A DNA stretch of 64,000 nt from Pristiophorus japonicus (lineage: Eukaryota): the NCBI RefSeq assembly GCF_044704955.1, contig NC_091999.1, positions 23,436,001-23,500,000 of the forward strand, written 5' to 3'. Of the stretch, positions 12,557 to 24,985 are shown piece by piece. Numbering within the stretch: position 1 is the stretch's first letter; every line of letters begins with the position of its first letter. Made by a program: the position numbers and the translations under genes. Under the pieces are notes generated by a model. It worked only from the letters and a program-made list of their open reading frames with translations. It ran no database searches and was not told where the DNA came from.

Positions 12557-13980
12557 AATAAGAACATAAGAACATAAGAAATGGGTACAGGATTAGGCCA
12601 TGCACTCCCTCGAGCCTGCTCCGCCATGCAATAGATCAATGCTGATCTGATCATGAACTCAACTCCACTTCCCTGCCTGCTCCCCATAACCCATCATCCC
12701 CTTTATCATTTAAGTAACTATTTATGTCTTAAATTTATTTTATGTCCCAGCATCCACAGTTCCCTGCGGCAGCGAATTTCACAGATTTTCAACACTCTGA
12801 GAGAAGAAATGACTCCTCATCTCTGTTTTAAATGCGCGGCCCCTTATTCTAAGATCATGCCCTCTAGTTCTACTCCACCCCATCAGTGGAAACATCTTCT
12901 CTGCATCCACGTTGCCAAGCCCTCTCATACTCTTATACGTTTCGATAAGATCACCGCTCATACTTCTGCATTCCAATGAGTAGAGGCCCAATCTACTCAA
13001 CGTTTCCTCAGAAGTCACCCACTCATCCCCGGAATCAACTTAGTGAAGCTTCTCTGAACTGCCTATAAGCAAGTATATCTTTTCGTAAATATGGAAACCA
13101 AAACTGCACACAATATGTGGCCTCACCAATATTCTGTACAGCTGTAGCAAGACATCCCGGCTTTTATACTCCATCCCCTTTGCAATAAAGGCCAAGATTC
13201 CATGGGCCCTCCTGATCACTTGGTGTACCTGCATACGATCGTTTTGTTTTTCATGCACCAGCACCTTCTCTTCCCGCTGAACTGTGGCACTTTGCAATCT
13301 TTCCCCATTTACATAAGAACTTGCTCGTTGATTTGTTCTGCAAAAGCGCTTGACCTCCCACTTCCCAGCATTATACTCCATCTGCCAAATTCTTACCCAT
13401 TCACTTAGCCTGTCTATGTCCTTTCGCAGTTTTTTGTGCCCTCCTCACACATTGCTTTTCCTCTCATCTATTTATCATCAGCAAAATTGAATACTTTACT
13501 CTCAGCCCCTTCCTCCTAGTTGTTAATATAGATTGTACATATCTGAGGTCCCAGCACTGATGCATGCGGCGCCGCACTGGTTGCCAACCAGAGAATGAAC
13601 AATTTTTCCCGACTCTCTGTTTTCTGTTAGTAAGCCAATCCTCTATCCATGCTAATATATTACCCCAACCCCTTGAACTATTATCTTGTTCTGTAATCTT
13701 TTATGTCAAATGGCTTCCAGAAATCCAAATACATCACATCTTCTGTTCCCCATTTATCCACCCTGTTCGTTAGATCCTCAAAGAATTCCAGCAAATTTGT
13801 CAAAAATGATTTTGCTTCATAAATCCATGGTGACTCTGCTTGACCGAATTTTGCTTTTCCAAATGTCCTGTTACTGCTTCTTTCATAATGGACTCCAACA
13901 TTTTCCCAACCACAGATGTTAGGCTAATTGGTCTATTGTTTTCTGCTTTTTGGCTGACTCCTTTTTTATACAGGGATTTT
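12557..13980 (-). mobile_element. 5'-truncated degenerate CR1 LINE
   Basis: 3' tail (AAGAACAT)n at ~12560. RT C-terminal ORFs (LGLYSLE..RGDLIETYK; LYRILVRPH; NRPISLTSVVGKMLE). Confidence 0.9.
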
Positions 13981-14234
13981 ACATAATGATGAGGAGCAGT
14001 GCGAGATGGTTCCACATTACATTCCCTGAGTCTGAAGCTATGCGGTCCTGGAAACCCTCTGTCGGAACAGAAATAGAGTACCATGCCCCACTGCCCTGCT
14101 GATCCAAACAATGCTAAACAGGGATCTGCAGCAGCAATCTCTCCAATAAAACAGGGCATGCAAGCAGTTTAAGGGCGCCCATGAACAGACTAACTATTTG
14201 TACTACGTCGCCCTTCTGCGCATATGCACATTAA

Positions 14235-14405
14235 TGTGTCTGTGTGTGTGTATGTGCGTGTGTGTGTGTGTGTGCGTGTGTGTGTGTGTGTGTGTCTGTG
14301 TATGTGTGGCTGAGTGCATGTCTATATGTGTATGGATGTCTATGTGTGTGTGTGAGTACGGCTGTCTGTGCATGTGTGTATGTGTATATGTATGTCTATT
14401 TGTCC
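14235..14405. repeat. (TG)n microsatellite, imperfect
   Basis: Long TG runs. Confidence 0.9.
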
Positions 14406-14813
14406 GTGTTGCCAATGCACTATGCCATAGTTGTATGATCGGCAGGAGTGAGCTCTCTGATCACTTTACAAACATCATGATCTCTATGTACAGTGGTGGC
14501 TGTTTAGAGAGGTAAAAATGGGCGGGAAGAAGAAATCCCAGCCAAGCTGATAAGATCCCCGTCCTATTTGAGTTTTCCACTTCAGGCCTGGTAAAGGCAG
14601 TGATGACAGTCTCTTTTTCCTGGAGTTTAGACTGGAACAATTGAAGTGAAACTCTTCCTGTCTCTGATTATTGTCCTGAACAGAGTTTGTGATATTTTGA
14701 ACCATTCTATAAGATTCTCCAATTCTCATACAACTTCTCGTTTCCATCTACGGGTGCTTCTTCTCTATCTGTTTCTCTGTCTAACCTGCTGTGTGTCTGC
14801 TGCTTATTTTCAG

Positions 14814-14926
14814 GGATGACTAGCGGAGACTCTGTGTCCCAAAGAGTCGGGTCAGAGTTGGGTGCAGATTCAGCAATAAATTGCAGTTACTCTGTATTGG
14901 CTACAAGCTATGGCCTGTTCTGGTAT
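14814..14926 (+). pseudogene. TCR alpha/delta-type V segment V-b, 5' half (leader part 2, FR1, CDR1, WY), interrupted by CR1
   Basis: Acceptor TTATTTTCAG ends at 14813. Reads GMTSGDSVSQRVGSELGADSAINCSYSVLATSYGLFWY and then runs into the CR1 tail (ATAGAAAC)n. Confidence 0.85.
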
Positions 14927-17900
14927 AGAAACATAGAAACATAAATAATAGGTGCAGGAGCAGGCCATTCAGCACTTCTAGCCTGCACCGCCATTCAATG
15001 GGTTCATGGCTGAACATGAAACTTCAGTACCCCCTTCCTGCTTTCACGCCATACTCCTTGATCCCCCGAGTAGTAAGGACTTCATCTAACTCCCTTTTGA
15101 ATATATTTAGCGAATAGGCCTCAACTACTTTCTATTGTAGAGAATTCCACAGGTTCACCACACTCTGGGTGAAGAAGTTTCTCCTCATCTCGGTCCTAAA
15201 TGGCTTACCCCTTATCCTTAGACTGTGACCCCTGGTTCTGGAATTCCCAAACATTGGGAACATTCTTCCTGCATCCAACCTATCCAAACCCGTCAGAATT
15301 TTAAACGTTTCTATGAGGTCCCCTCTCACTCTTCTGAACTCCAGTGAATACAAGCCCAGTTGATCCAGTCTTTCTTGATAGGTCAGTCTCACCTTCCCGG
15401 GAATCAGTCTGGTGAGTCTTCGCTGCACTCCCTCAATAGCAAGAATGTCCTTCCTCAAGTTAGGAGACCAAAACTGTACACAATACTCCAGGTGTGGCCT
15501 CACCAAGGCCCTGTAAACTGTAGCAACACCTCCCTACCACTGTACTCAAATCCCCTCGCTATGAAGGCCAACATGCCATTTGCTTTCTTAACCGCCTGCT
15601 GTACCTGCATGCCAACCTTCAATGACTGATGTTCAATGACATCCAGGTCTCGTTGCACCTTCCCTTTTCTTAATCTGTCACCATTCAGATAATAGTCTGT
15701 CTCTCTGTTTTTACCACCAAAGTAGATAACCTCGCATTTATCCACATTATACTTCATCTGCCACGCATTTGCGCACTCACCTAACCTATCCAAGTCACTC
15801 TGCAGCCTAATAGCATCCTCCTCGCAGCTCACACTGCCACCCAATTTAGTGTCATCCGCAAATTTGGAGATACTACATTTAATCCCCTCGTCTAAATCAT
15901 TAATGTACAATGTAAACAGCTGGGGCCCCAGCATAGAACCCTGCGGTACCCCACCAGTCACTGCCTGCCATTCCGAAAAGTACCCATTTACTCCTACTCT
16001 TTGCTTCCTGTCTGACAACCAGTTCTCAATCCACGTCAGCACACAACCCCCAATCCCATGTGCTTTAATTTGCACATTAAGCTCCTGTGTGGGACCTTGT
16101 CGAAAGCCTTCTGAAAGTCCAAATATACCACATCAACTGGTACTCCTTTGTCCACTTTACTGGAAACATCCTCAAAAAATTCCAGAAGATTTGTCAAGCA
16201 TGATCTCTCTTTGTCAAATCCATGCTGACTTGGACCTATCATGTCACCATTTTCCAAATGCGCTGCTATGACATCCTTAATAATTGATTCCATCATTTTA
16301 CCCACTACTGAGGTCAGGCTGACCGGTCTATAATTCCCTGCTTTCTCTCTCCCTCCTTTTATAAAAAGTGGGGTTACATTGGCTACCCTCCACTCGATAG
16401 GAACTGATCCAGATTCAATGGAATGTTGGAAAATGACTGTCAATGCATCCGCTATTTCCAAGGCCACCTCCTTAAGTACTCTGGGATGCAGTCCATCAGG
16501 CCCTGGGGCTTTATTGGCCTTCAATCCCATCAATTTCCCCAACACAATTTCCCGACTAATAAAGATTTCCCTCAGTTCCTCCTCCTTACTAGACTCTCTG
16601 ACCCCTTTTATATCCGGAAGGTTGTTTGTGTCCTCCTTTGTGAATACTGAATCAAAGTACTTGTTCAATTGGTCTGCCATTTCTTTGTTCCCCGTTATGA
16701 CTTCCCCTGATTCTGACTGCAGGGGACCTACGTTTGTCTTTACTAAACTTTTTCTCTTTACATACCTATATAAACTTTTGCAATCCGCCTTAATGTTCCC
16801 TGCAAGCTTCTTCTCGTACTCCATTTTCCCTGCCCTAATCAAACCCTTTGTCCTCCTCTGCTGACGTCTAAATTTATCCCAGTCCCCAGGTTCGCTGCTA
16901 TTTCTGGCCAATTTGTATGCCATTTCTTTGGCTTTAATACTATCCCTGATTTCCCTAGATAGCCACGGTTGAGCCACCTTCCCTTTTTCATTTTTACGCC
17001 AGACAGGAATGTACAATTGTTGTAATTCATCCATGCGGTCTCTAAATGTCTGCCATTGCACATCCACAGTCAACCCCTGAAGTATCATTAGCCAATCTAT
17101 CTTACCCAATGCACGCCTCATACCTTCAAAGTTACCCTTCTTTACGTTCTGGACCATGGTCTCTGAATTAACTGTTTCATTCTCCATCCTAATGCAGAAT
17201 TCCACCATGTTATGGTCACTCTTCCCCAAGGGGCCTCGCACAATGAGATTGCTAATTAATCCTCTCTCATTACACAACACCCAGTCTAAGATGGCCTCCC
17301 CGCTAGTTGGTTCCTCGACATATTGGTCTAGAAAACCATCCCTTATGCACTCCAGGAAATCCTCCTCCACCGTATTGCTTCCAGTTTGGTTAGCCCAATC
17401 TATGTGCATATTAAAGTCACCCATTATAACTGCAGCACCTTCATAGCATGCACTCGTAATTTCCTGTTTGATGCCCTCCCCAACATCACTACTACTGTTT
17501 GGATGTCTGTACACAACTCCCACTAACCTTTATTGCCCTTTAGTGTTCTGCAGCTCTACCCATATAGATTCCACATCATCTAAGCTAATGTCTTTCCTAA
17601 CTATTGCATTAATCTCCTCTTTAAACAGCAATGCTACCCCACCTCCTTTTCCTTTTATTCTTTCCTTCCTGAATGTTGAATACCCCTGGATGTTGAGTTC
17701 CCAGCCCTGATCATCCTGGAGCCACGTCTCCATAATCCCAATCACATCATATTTGTTAACATCTATTTGCACAGTTAATTCATCCAGCTTATTGCGGATA
17801 CTCCTTGCATTAAGACACAAAGCCTTCAGGCTTGCTTTTTTAACACCCTTTGTCCTTTTAGAATTTTGCTGTAAAGTTGCCCTTTTTGTTCTTTGCCTTG

Positions 17901-19489
17901 GGTTTCTCTGCCCTCCACTTTTCCTCATCTCTTTTCTGTCTTTTGCTTTTGCCTCATTTTTGTCTCCCTCCGTGTCCCTGCATAGGTTCCCATCCCCCTG
18001 CAATATTAGTTTAACTCCTCCCCAACAGCACTAGCAAACACTCCCCCTTGGACATTGGTTCCGGTCCTGCCCAGATGCAGACCGTCCGGTTTGTACTGGT
18101 CCCACCTCCCCCAGAACCGGTTCCAATGCCCCAGGAATTTGAATCCATCCCTGCTGCACCACTGCTCAAGCCATGTATTCATCTGCTCTATCCTGCGATT
18201 CCTACTCTGACTAGCACGTGGCACTGGTAGAAATCCCGAGATTACTACTTTTGAGGTCCTACTTTTTAATTTAGCTCCTAGCTCCTTAAAATCTTTTCGT
18301 AGGACCTCATCCCTTTTTTTTACCTATGTCGTTGGTACCAATGTGCACAGCGACAACTGGCTGTTCTCCCTCCCACTTCAGAATGTCCTGCACCCGCTCC
18401 GAGACATCCTTGACCCTTGCACCAGGGAGGCAACATACCATCCTGGAGTCTCGGTTGCGGCCGCAGAAACGCCTATCTATTCCCCTCACCATCGAATCCC
18501 CTATCACTATCGCGCTCCCAATCATTTTCCTGCCTTCCTGTGCAGCAGAGCCAGCTACGGTGTCATGAACTTGACTGCTGCTGCCCTTCCCTGGTGAGTC
18601 ATCCCCCCGAACAGTACTCAAAGCAGTGTATCTGTTTTGCAGGGGGATGACCACAGGGGACCCCTGCACTATCTTTCTTGCACTGCTCTTCCTGCTGGTC
18701 TTCCATTCCCTATCTGGCTGTGGACACTTCTCCTGCGGTAAGACCAACTCACTACACGTGATACTCACGTCATTCTCAGCATCGTGGATGCTCCAGAGTG
18801 AATCCACCCTCAGCTCCAATTACACAACGCGGATCGTCAAGAGCTCGAGGCGGATACACTTCCCACACACGTAGCGCCCAGAGACACCGGAAGTGTCCCC
18901 GAGTTCCCACATGGTACAGGAGGAGCATATCACGTGACCGAGCTCTCCTCCCATGTCTTAACCTTAGATACCCTTAAATTGGTAATAACAATGCTAAAGT
19001 TCACTTACTGATATAAAAAAGAAAAGAAAATTTACTCACCAATCACTAGCCAATCACTTACCCCATTGGCTGTGACTTCACTTTTTGATTCCTTTCTACT
19101 TCTATTTTGCTTTCTCTCCCGCTGTACTGCAGCGGTACGCTGGCTCTCGATCTCCCGCTGGGCCTTTTATAGGTCGCTCCCCTCTCACCAACTGCCGCTG
19201 GCTCTCGATCTCCCGCTGGGCCTTTTATAGGTCGCTCCCCTCTCACCAACTGCCGCTGGCTCTCGCTCTCCCGCTGGGCCTTTTATTGGTCGCTCCCCTC
19301 TCAGCAACTGCCGCTGCCTCTCGATCTCCCGCTGGGCCTTTTATAGGTCGCTCCCCTCTCAGCAACTGCTGTTGGCTCTCGCTCTCCCGCTGGGCTTTTG
19401 ATAGGTCGCTCCCCTCTCAGCAACTGCCGCTGGCTCTCGATCTCCCGCTGGGCTTTTGATCGGTCGCTCCCCTCTCACCAACTGCCGCT
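14927..19489 (-). mobile_element. Full-length (~4.6 kb) CR1 LINE, young but disabled
   Basis: 5' UTR with tandem monomers. ORF1 from ATG 18954 (MGGELGHVICSSCTMWE..YVCGKC zinc finger, then GDSMVR SGNH esterase). ORF2 in pieces: 17530-18003 (APE; LNARSIRNK), 16036-17523, 15500-16075 (PQGS, FADD), 15132-15506. 3' tail (ATAGAAAC)n on +. Only a few stops and frameshifts. Confidence 0.95.
19141..19488 (-). repeat. Six 58-bp tandem monomers forming the CR1 5' end
   Basis: Unit TGGCTCTCGATCTCCCGCTGGGCCTTTTATAGGTCGCTCCCCTCTCACCAACTGCCGC starts at 19141, 19199, 19257, 19315, 19373 and 19431. Confidence 0.92.
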
Positions 19490-19651
19490 CTGCAGTATCC
19501 CCACCAAGCCCCCCAGTATCTGATAGGAGCCGATAGTTAAGGCATTTGAACACTTCAGCAGGAATCTCAACCGAACACAAAGAACTTTTCACTTATCCAT
19601 GAAAGGCATTAAGATCAGAAACAGTGCCGTGTATTACTATGTGCGATGACC
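19490..19651 (+). pseudogene. TCR alpha/delta-type V segment V-b, 3' half (FR2-FR3)
   Basis: (L)QYPHQAPQYLIGADS*GI(frameshift)EHFSRNLNRTQRTFHLSMKGIKIRNSAVYYYVR*. It continues WY of the 5' half; Cys104 is Tyr. Confidence 0.85.
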
Positions 19652-19690
19652 CACAGTGAATAAGAATCCCTCGGGCCTCATGCATAAACA
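19652..19690 (+). promoter_or_regulatory. 23-spacer RSS of V-b
   Basis: Consensus heptamer CACAGTG + 23 nt + GCATAAACA. Confidence 0.85.
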
Positions 19691-20595
19691 GGTCACAGGT
19701 CAGCAAATGTGGGCTCTGGAAAAATGCCAGCGATTGAATCCTACAGAGTTTGTTGAGGAAATAAATGTGAAAGTACAACCTGATCCGAGAGGTATTCTTC
19801 AGTTAAAGTCATTGCTGTCAGTGTTGGGAAACGTGAAATATCTCTAGCATTTTATTGTACCATCAAATTCAGACATTTCCACTCCAGTAATACACAACCC
19901 TGCAGATCTCTCTGATTTCTAACAGGCTCAATCTGTGAAAGTAAAAGTCCTGGGTGATGCAGATCTGACATTTGAGTCTTTCAAAAGTGATCTAATCGCT
20001 AAGTCGGCCTCGGGGTCGGGAAAATTCAGAGCTTCTGGGATGCTAATACCACAAGTAGTGACTGATTGAAATCAGCTCTTTACTGGTATCGTATCCAGGT
20101 TTTACTATTATCGTGTCCAAGTGGCTTTAAGACTGTAACTATTAATGATGCTGATGAATTGGACGATATTCATTAATACTAGGGCTTGAAATTAATTTGG
20201 AATTATTTACTTTTTCACCTTAATTATGGCGAGATCTATATATCTATTGATAGAGACATTGAGGTCGACCGAAAGGTATACAAAGCCAGAAACGCAGTCC
20301 GATTGACAGAGACACGGTGCAGGAGTGTGAGACAGATAGAAAGACACACAGGCACTGACTGGGAAGGAAAGAGTTTGGAGGGAGCCATCAGTAATTGGTC
20401 CTCAACTGACAGTGATTCGTCCACAGCTGGCGTTGGATTTGAGAGATCATCCAATCCAAGCCCTGAGAAACGCACCTCAGTTTTGAAATAAATGATGACT
20501 GCCGCTGATTTGGGTTTGCTCTTTATTATCAGACCAAAAACGGCAACATATTTAAAACATTCAATTATTGTACATCGAAATCTAAACTAGACACC

Positions 20596-20641
20596 ATGTG
20601 TTCCCCATGTTCACTACTGATAATAATTGCCATGCTGCCCG
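20596..20641 (+). pseudogene. Leader exon of V-c
   Basis: ACCATG..MCSPCSLLIIIAMLP+G, 46 nt (phase 1), donor GTGAGT. Confidence 0.8.
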
Positions 20642-20726
20642 GTGAGTCTATGTTTAAAGGGTCAGTTTGTGTTCCATGGGTTATATTTACTATCAGACTT
20701 TTAACACATTCTGTATTTTGTTCCAG

Positions 20727-21020
20727 GAAGGAGTGGCGAAGATTCAGTGTCCCAGCATCCGTCTGAAGTAATGATTCAGGAGGGTCAGACCTTAAAACTG
20801 AACGGTAATTACTCAGCAACGTACACTGCCCCAATTCTCTTCTGGTATTTCCAATATCCCGGGGAAGATCCGAGATATTTACTGAACATGTACGGCAAGC
20901 GGTCTCCTGATTTCCCAGGATGATTTTCTGCTGCTTTGGATCAAGACTAGTAAACAGTTCCTTTAATATATCCGGGGCTCTTGTCTCTGAATCTGCCGTG
21001 CATCACTCTGCGCTGACCCC
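20727..21020 (+). pseudogene. TCR alpha-type V segment, pseudogene (V-c)
   Basis: Acceptor TTGTTCCAG. Reads GRSGEDSVSQHPSEVMIQEGQTLKLNGNYSATYTAPILFWYFQYPGEDPRYLLNMYGKRSPDFPG*FSAALDQD**TVPL(frameshift)ISGALVSESAVHHSALT. Both Cys lost; three stops. Confidence 0.9.
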
Positions 21021-21059
21021 CACACTGCTACACGGGCGCAGTCAGTCCGTACAAAACAA
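21021..21059 (+). promoter_or_regulatory. 23-spacer RSS of V-c
   Basis: CACACTG + 23 nt (CTACACGGGCGCAGTCAGTCCGT) + ACAAAACAA. Confidence 0.85.
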
Positions 21060-21211
21060 GCAATGGAATTTAATTACCTCTCACTGAATCAGCTCTGAGA
21101 CCCGGCATTGGGATGTTACAATAGAAATCAAACAATAAAACGAAAACGCTCGATAATATATAGCTGGGTAGATAACTAACTAGATAGACCGGCAGATATC
21201 TAAATACACAG

Positions 21212-21220
21212 TCTCTCTCA

Positions 21221-21259
<39 letters not shown>

Positions 21260-21268
21260 TCTATCTCT
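21212..21268. repeat. (CT)n microsatellite
   Basis: Direct inspection. Confidence 0.9.
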
Positions 21269-23694
21269 TCACCCAATGATCCCTTCCTCCTTTCTTTGAA
21301 ATTATCATCAGATGCAGACAAAAGTGTTAATGCATGCTGCGGCGTCTGCAACGTGTTTCACTGCTCAGTAACGGCGTTGTAATGATTAGTTTCGCAGCTG
21401 AATGATGAAATAATTGGACACTAGCGCTGTTCCAATCATCACCCGAGTTCCAGACTGCAATTACTCCAACAGGTTATCAAGATCGCGAAGTGCATAAAAA
21501 AGTTAACTCTGATTATTACTTTAAATGAAACCGCGGAAGTAGAACCTGAGGACGCAAGTTCAAACTATGAAAGGTCAGCTTAGGACTGATGCTGAAAATT
21601 CTTCAGACGCAATATGATTTACCTAGTTTCTCTTTTATTCTTTCTTCCCCTCCCCCTTTCAGTGCTCCATAAGAATCTTTTCATTCGGAACAATCGCCAG
21701 TTCTGATGAAGGTTCATCTACCTGAAAGGTCAACTCTGTTTCTCTCTCCACAGATGCTGCCTGGCCCTCTGAGATTTCCAGCATTTGATTTTTTATGTCA
21801 GATTCTATCATCCGCAGTATTTTGCTTTTGTATTATGATTTACCTCTTGGTGTTCGCGCCATCGCATACTGCTCAAACCTGCCAGTGACTCTCCATTTTA
21901 TTGAGGTTAAAGGAGTTCTTTTAATTTACCACATCATTGTGTTCAAATCCTTCATGGCTCGCTTCCCGTCTACATCCCCCTTTTATCGGCTATGTTTAGT
22001 GGTAATGGTCAGCAAACAGCTCCGTTAATGGGAAGCTCCCGCACAGCTGCCAGAACAACATTAATTGTTTCCTTCACTGCTCTCGCTTTACAAATTGACC
22101 CTGTTAAAGAGGTAACATAGACAGATTTTTGAGCGATAAGGGAACAAATGGTCATGGGGAGAGCGCAGGGAAGTGGAGCTGAGTCCATGATCCGATCAGC
22201 CATGATCTTGTTGAATGACGCAACAGGCTCAAGGAGCCAGGTGGCCTAATCCTGCTTCTATTTCTTGTGTTCTTATAACATTTGCCACCTAGCTACATAC
22301 GGAGATATTAGGGCAGATATTTAGGGGTGGAATTCCAGAGTTTAGGGCCGAGGCAGGTGAAGACACGGCGGCTAATTTTGGAGCGATTAAATTGGGATTG
22401 CACAAGTGGCCAGAATTGAAGGAGCAGACAGGTCGTGGAGGGTTGTCGGTTTCAACAGTCTGAAATTAATGCAACTGCATCTTAAACCTTTCCTTTCGTT
22501 ATTAATTATAGGGATATGGATTTCACTGGCATGTCAGCATTTATTGCCCATCCCTTGGTTTCCCCTTGAGAAATTGCTGGTGAGCCATCTGCTTTTCGAA
22601 CCACTGCAGTTCTGCTCCTTTCAAGCGTTTGATACAACTGGGGGGCATGCAGGGCCATTTCAAAGAGCTAAATCACGTTGAGTATGGGACTGGAGTCACT
22701 TTTGGGGTAAGGACGGCTGATTTCTTTCCCTGACGGGACATTAGTGTACCCGTTGGGGTTTTTGCCAAAGCCGATCACTTTATGGTCACTTTTCTGATAC
22801 CAGCCTCTCATTTATTTTTTAAAAATCGGAATTTAAATTCCCAAACTACGCAGGTACCATTTTAATTCGTGCAATAACCTGCTTCGCCCAGGACTCTGGA
22901 TTACAAATGGAGTAACATAACGAAAATACCGCTGCAACTTTTTTAAGGCGTAATGTTCTCTGCCTCAAACACTATTTGTGGCAAAATGTCCCATGCTCCA
23001 ACAACTCCCACGCTCGCGTCCATGCAAATATTTTTCCGAGCTTCTGTCACTCTCTTGTTAATATGTTGAATTTTATGACCTTTCTTTACCGATTCCCACA
23101 AGCAGAGGAATCAGTCTTTTCATCTTCTCTCCAGTAAAGCTACTTTACAACAAAAACTCGATTAGATCGCTTAAACTTATTAGCTTCAATCGAAATCTCA
23201 AGTCTCCAATCATAAATGCAGTTACAATTGCTAGGTTCGTCTTTGTCCATATCAGTAGTTAAAGCTTCCAACTTTAATATGATTTCTATAATGGGCCATC
23301 TTGCTCTACAGATATCAATCTTACAGTGGAACAACCAGCCCAGCAGTAAGAGTACTAGACCAGTAACTCGCAGTTCGTAAGTTCGAAGCTCCCCAAGCCG
23401 TGAAACTGATGTAAAATACAGCTGAAAATATGTGAGTTGCCAAAAGGAAAGTAGGATGAAAGCTGACGGATGGTTGTTAAAAACCACAATTGGTTGAATA
23501 ATATCTTTCATTGTAGGGAATCTGTTCCTCACTTAACCTGCTTCTCTGCTAATACACTCAAGGCGCCTGGGGATTGGCTAGTAAAACCTCGCTGTAGTCA
23601 TTCACCTCCCAGGAACAAAGAATATTTTGAGCCCTAAAAATTTAGTTGTCCGAGTACAGCAATCACTAAAAGCTAGCGGACTGGACAGCTACAC

Positions 23695-23777
23695 AGGCTC
23701 TCGTATGGACTGTTCAGCCACCAAAGAACTCACTTCCGGAGTGGAAGCAAGTCTTTCTCGATTCCAAGGGACTGCCT

Positions 23778-23807
<30 letters not shown>
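23695..23807 (+). mobile_element. 3' end of a retroposon with (GAT)n tail (RTE-like LINE or SINE); related copy on - at ~47315-47635
   Basis: GTGGAAGCAAGTC..TCGA..GGGACTGCCTATGATGATGAT.. The same terminus occurs reverse-complemented at 47315-47365. Confidence 0.6.
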
Positions 23808-23811
<4 letters not shown>

Positions 23812-23989
23812 CATTTAACACAGAATTTGACAGATTTTTGATCGATAAGGAAATAAAAGGGTCAGGGGGAGCAGGCAGGGAGCTGAGTCCATGATCAAAT
23901 CAACCATGATCTTATATATTGTGGAGTAGGCTTGTGGGGCCAGGTGGCCTCCTCCTGTTGCTATTTCTTATGTTCTTGTGTAACTCCGT

Positions 23990-24985
23990 GCTTCGAATCC
24001 GAAGCTCCCCTGTTTACCCTGGCACCCAGAAGAGCAGATACAGGACATTGAAAAACTAACTCCTACAAGACGATGGAAACCTACTTCTGCTGATGGCATC
24101 TCCGGCCAAACCCGGAAAAGATTGTCACCTCGGCAATCCACCTTCACACCCATCAAGCATACCAAGCTTTGAAAGGCTCCTGATGTGGAATAGCGGTAAA
24201 CGATGCCAAAAAAAAACCCTCCTATTTAGGATTCACGCTGGATCACACACTGTCATATAGACAACATCTCCAGTGCCTTGGCAAGAAACTGAAGAGTAGA
24301 ATGAACATGATCGAGAAACTCGCCGGAACCACATGAGGATCAGACCCTCAAGTCCTCCCCCTCCCCCCGTACTATAGCACTCGCACTGGTTTACTCTGCA
24401 GTGGAGTTCCGCTTTCCGGCTTGGATATCAATTTCGGTTGTTAAATCCGTTGATGTCCAGCTGAATTCTACTATGAGAATAATCACCGGTACGCTTTTAT
24501 CGACATCAACACCTTGGCTCCCCGTGCTTACAAACATTGCACTACCACACACACGTCGCAAATAATTATTCTCCACAAAATACATGCTGATACAAAAATA
24601 TGCTGATCCAGGCAGAATTGAACAATCTGCTACCAACCTGTCTTAAATGTAGAAGGCCATTTTGGGGCACTACCAAAGCCGTCAACGATCTCCCCTCAGC
24701 CTTAACGACCGATGGCCAAATGCCTGGTAGAACTGAAATGTATTCCTCATAGTAAACCCCACAGTACATCCTGTAGAATCTGAACTTCATCACAAAGATT
24801 GCGGGACCATTTAACTGCCTCAGAACTGGTCATGATAGATGCAGCCTCCATCAATATAGGAGAAATATTAATGCAACCCCATCAGGCCACAGTGGAGCTA
24901 CAAAGCAGACTCAGGAGCACATTATTGAGTACTTGGATACTGACATTTGTAATTTGATACTACCTAACGAATTAGAGGAGGCATA
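23990..24985 (+). mobile_element. Degenerate Ingi/Vingi-like (I-group) LINE fragment
   Basis: MIEKLAGTT*GS..LRTIALALVYSAVE..VDVQLNSTMRIITGTLLSTSTPWLPVLTNIALPHTRR and a C-terminal GATKQTQEHII knuckle remnant. Confidence 0.7.

Noticed and set aside
14477-14511. Leader exon for V-b (ATG..AG|GTAAAA)
   Set aside because: 35 nt gives the wrong splice phase and the peptide is not hydrophobic; too uncertain to list as a feature.
14198-14515. ORFs rich in CV/TH repeats (also those over GA-rich tracts and N gaps)
   Set aside because: Translations of microsatellites or assembly gaps.
19141-19488. Regular repeats here and at 4520-4880, 48363-48650 and 54085-54425 as CRISPR-like arrays
   Set aside because: Units are directly tandem with no unique spacers, no cas genes are present, and the context is vertebrate.
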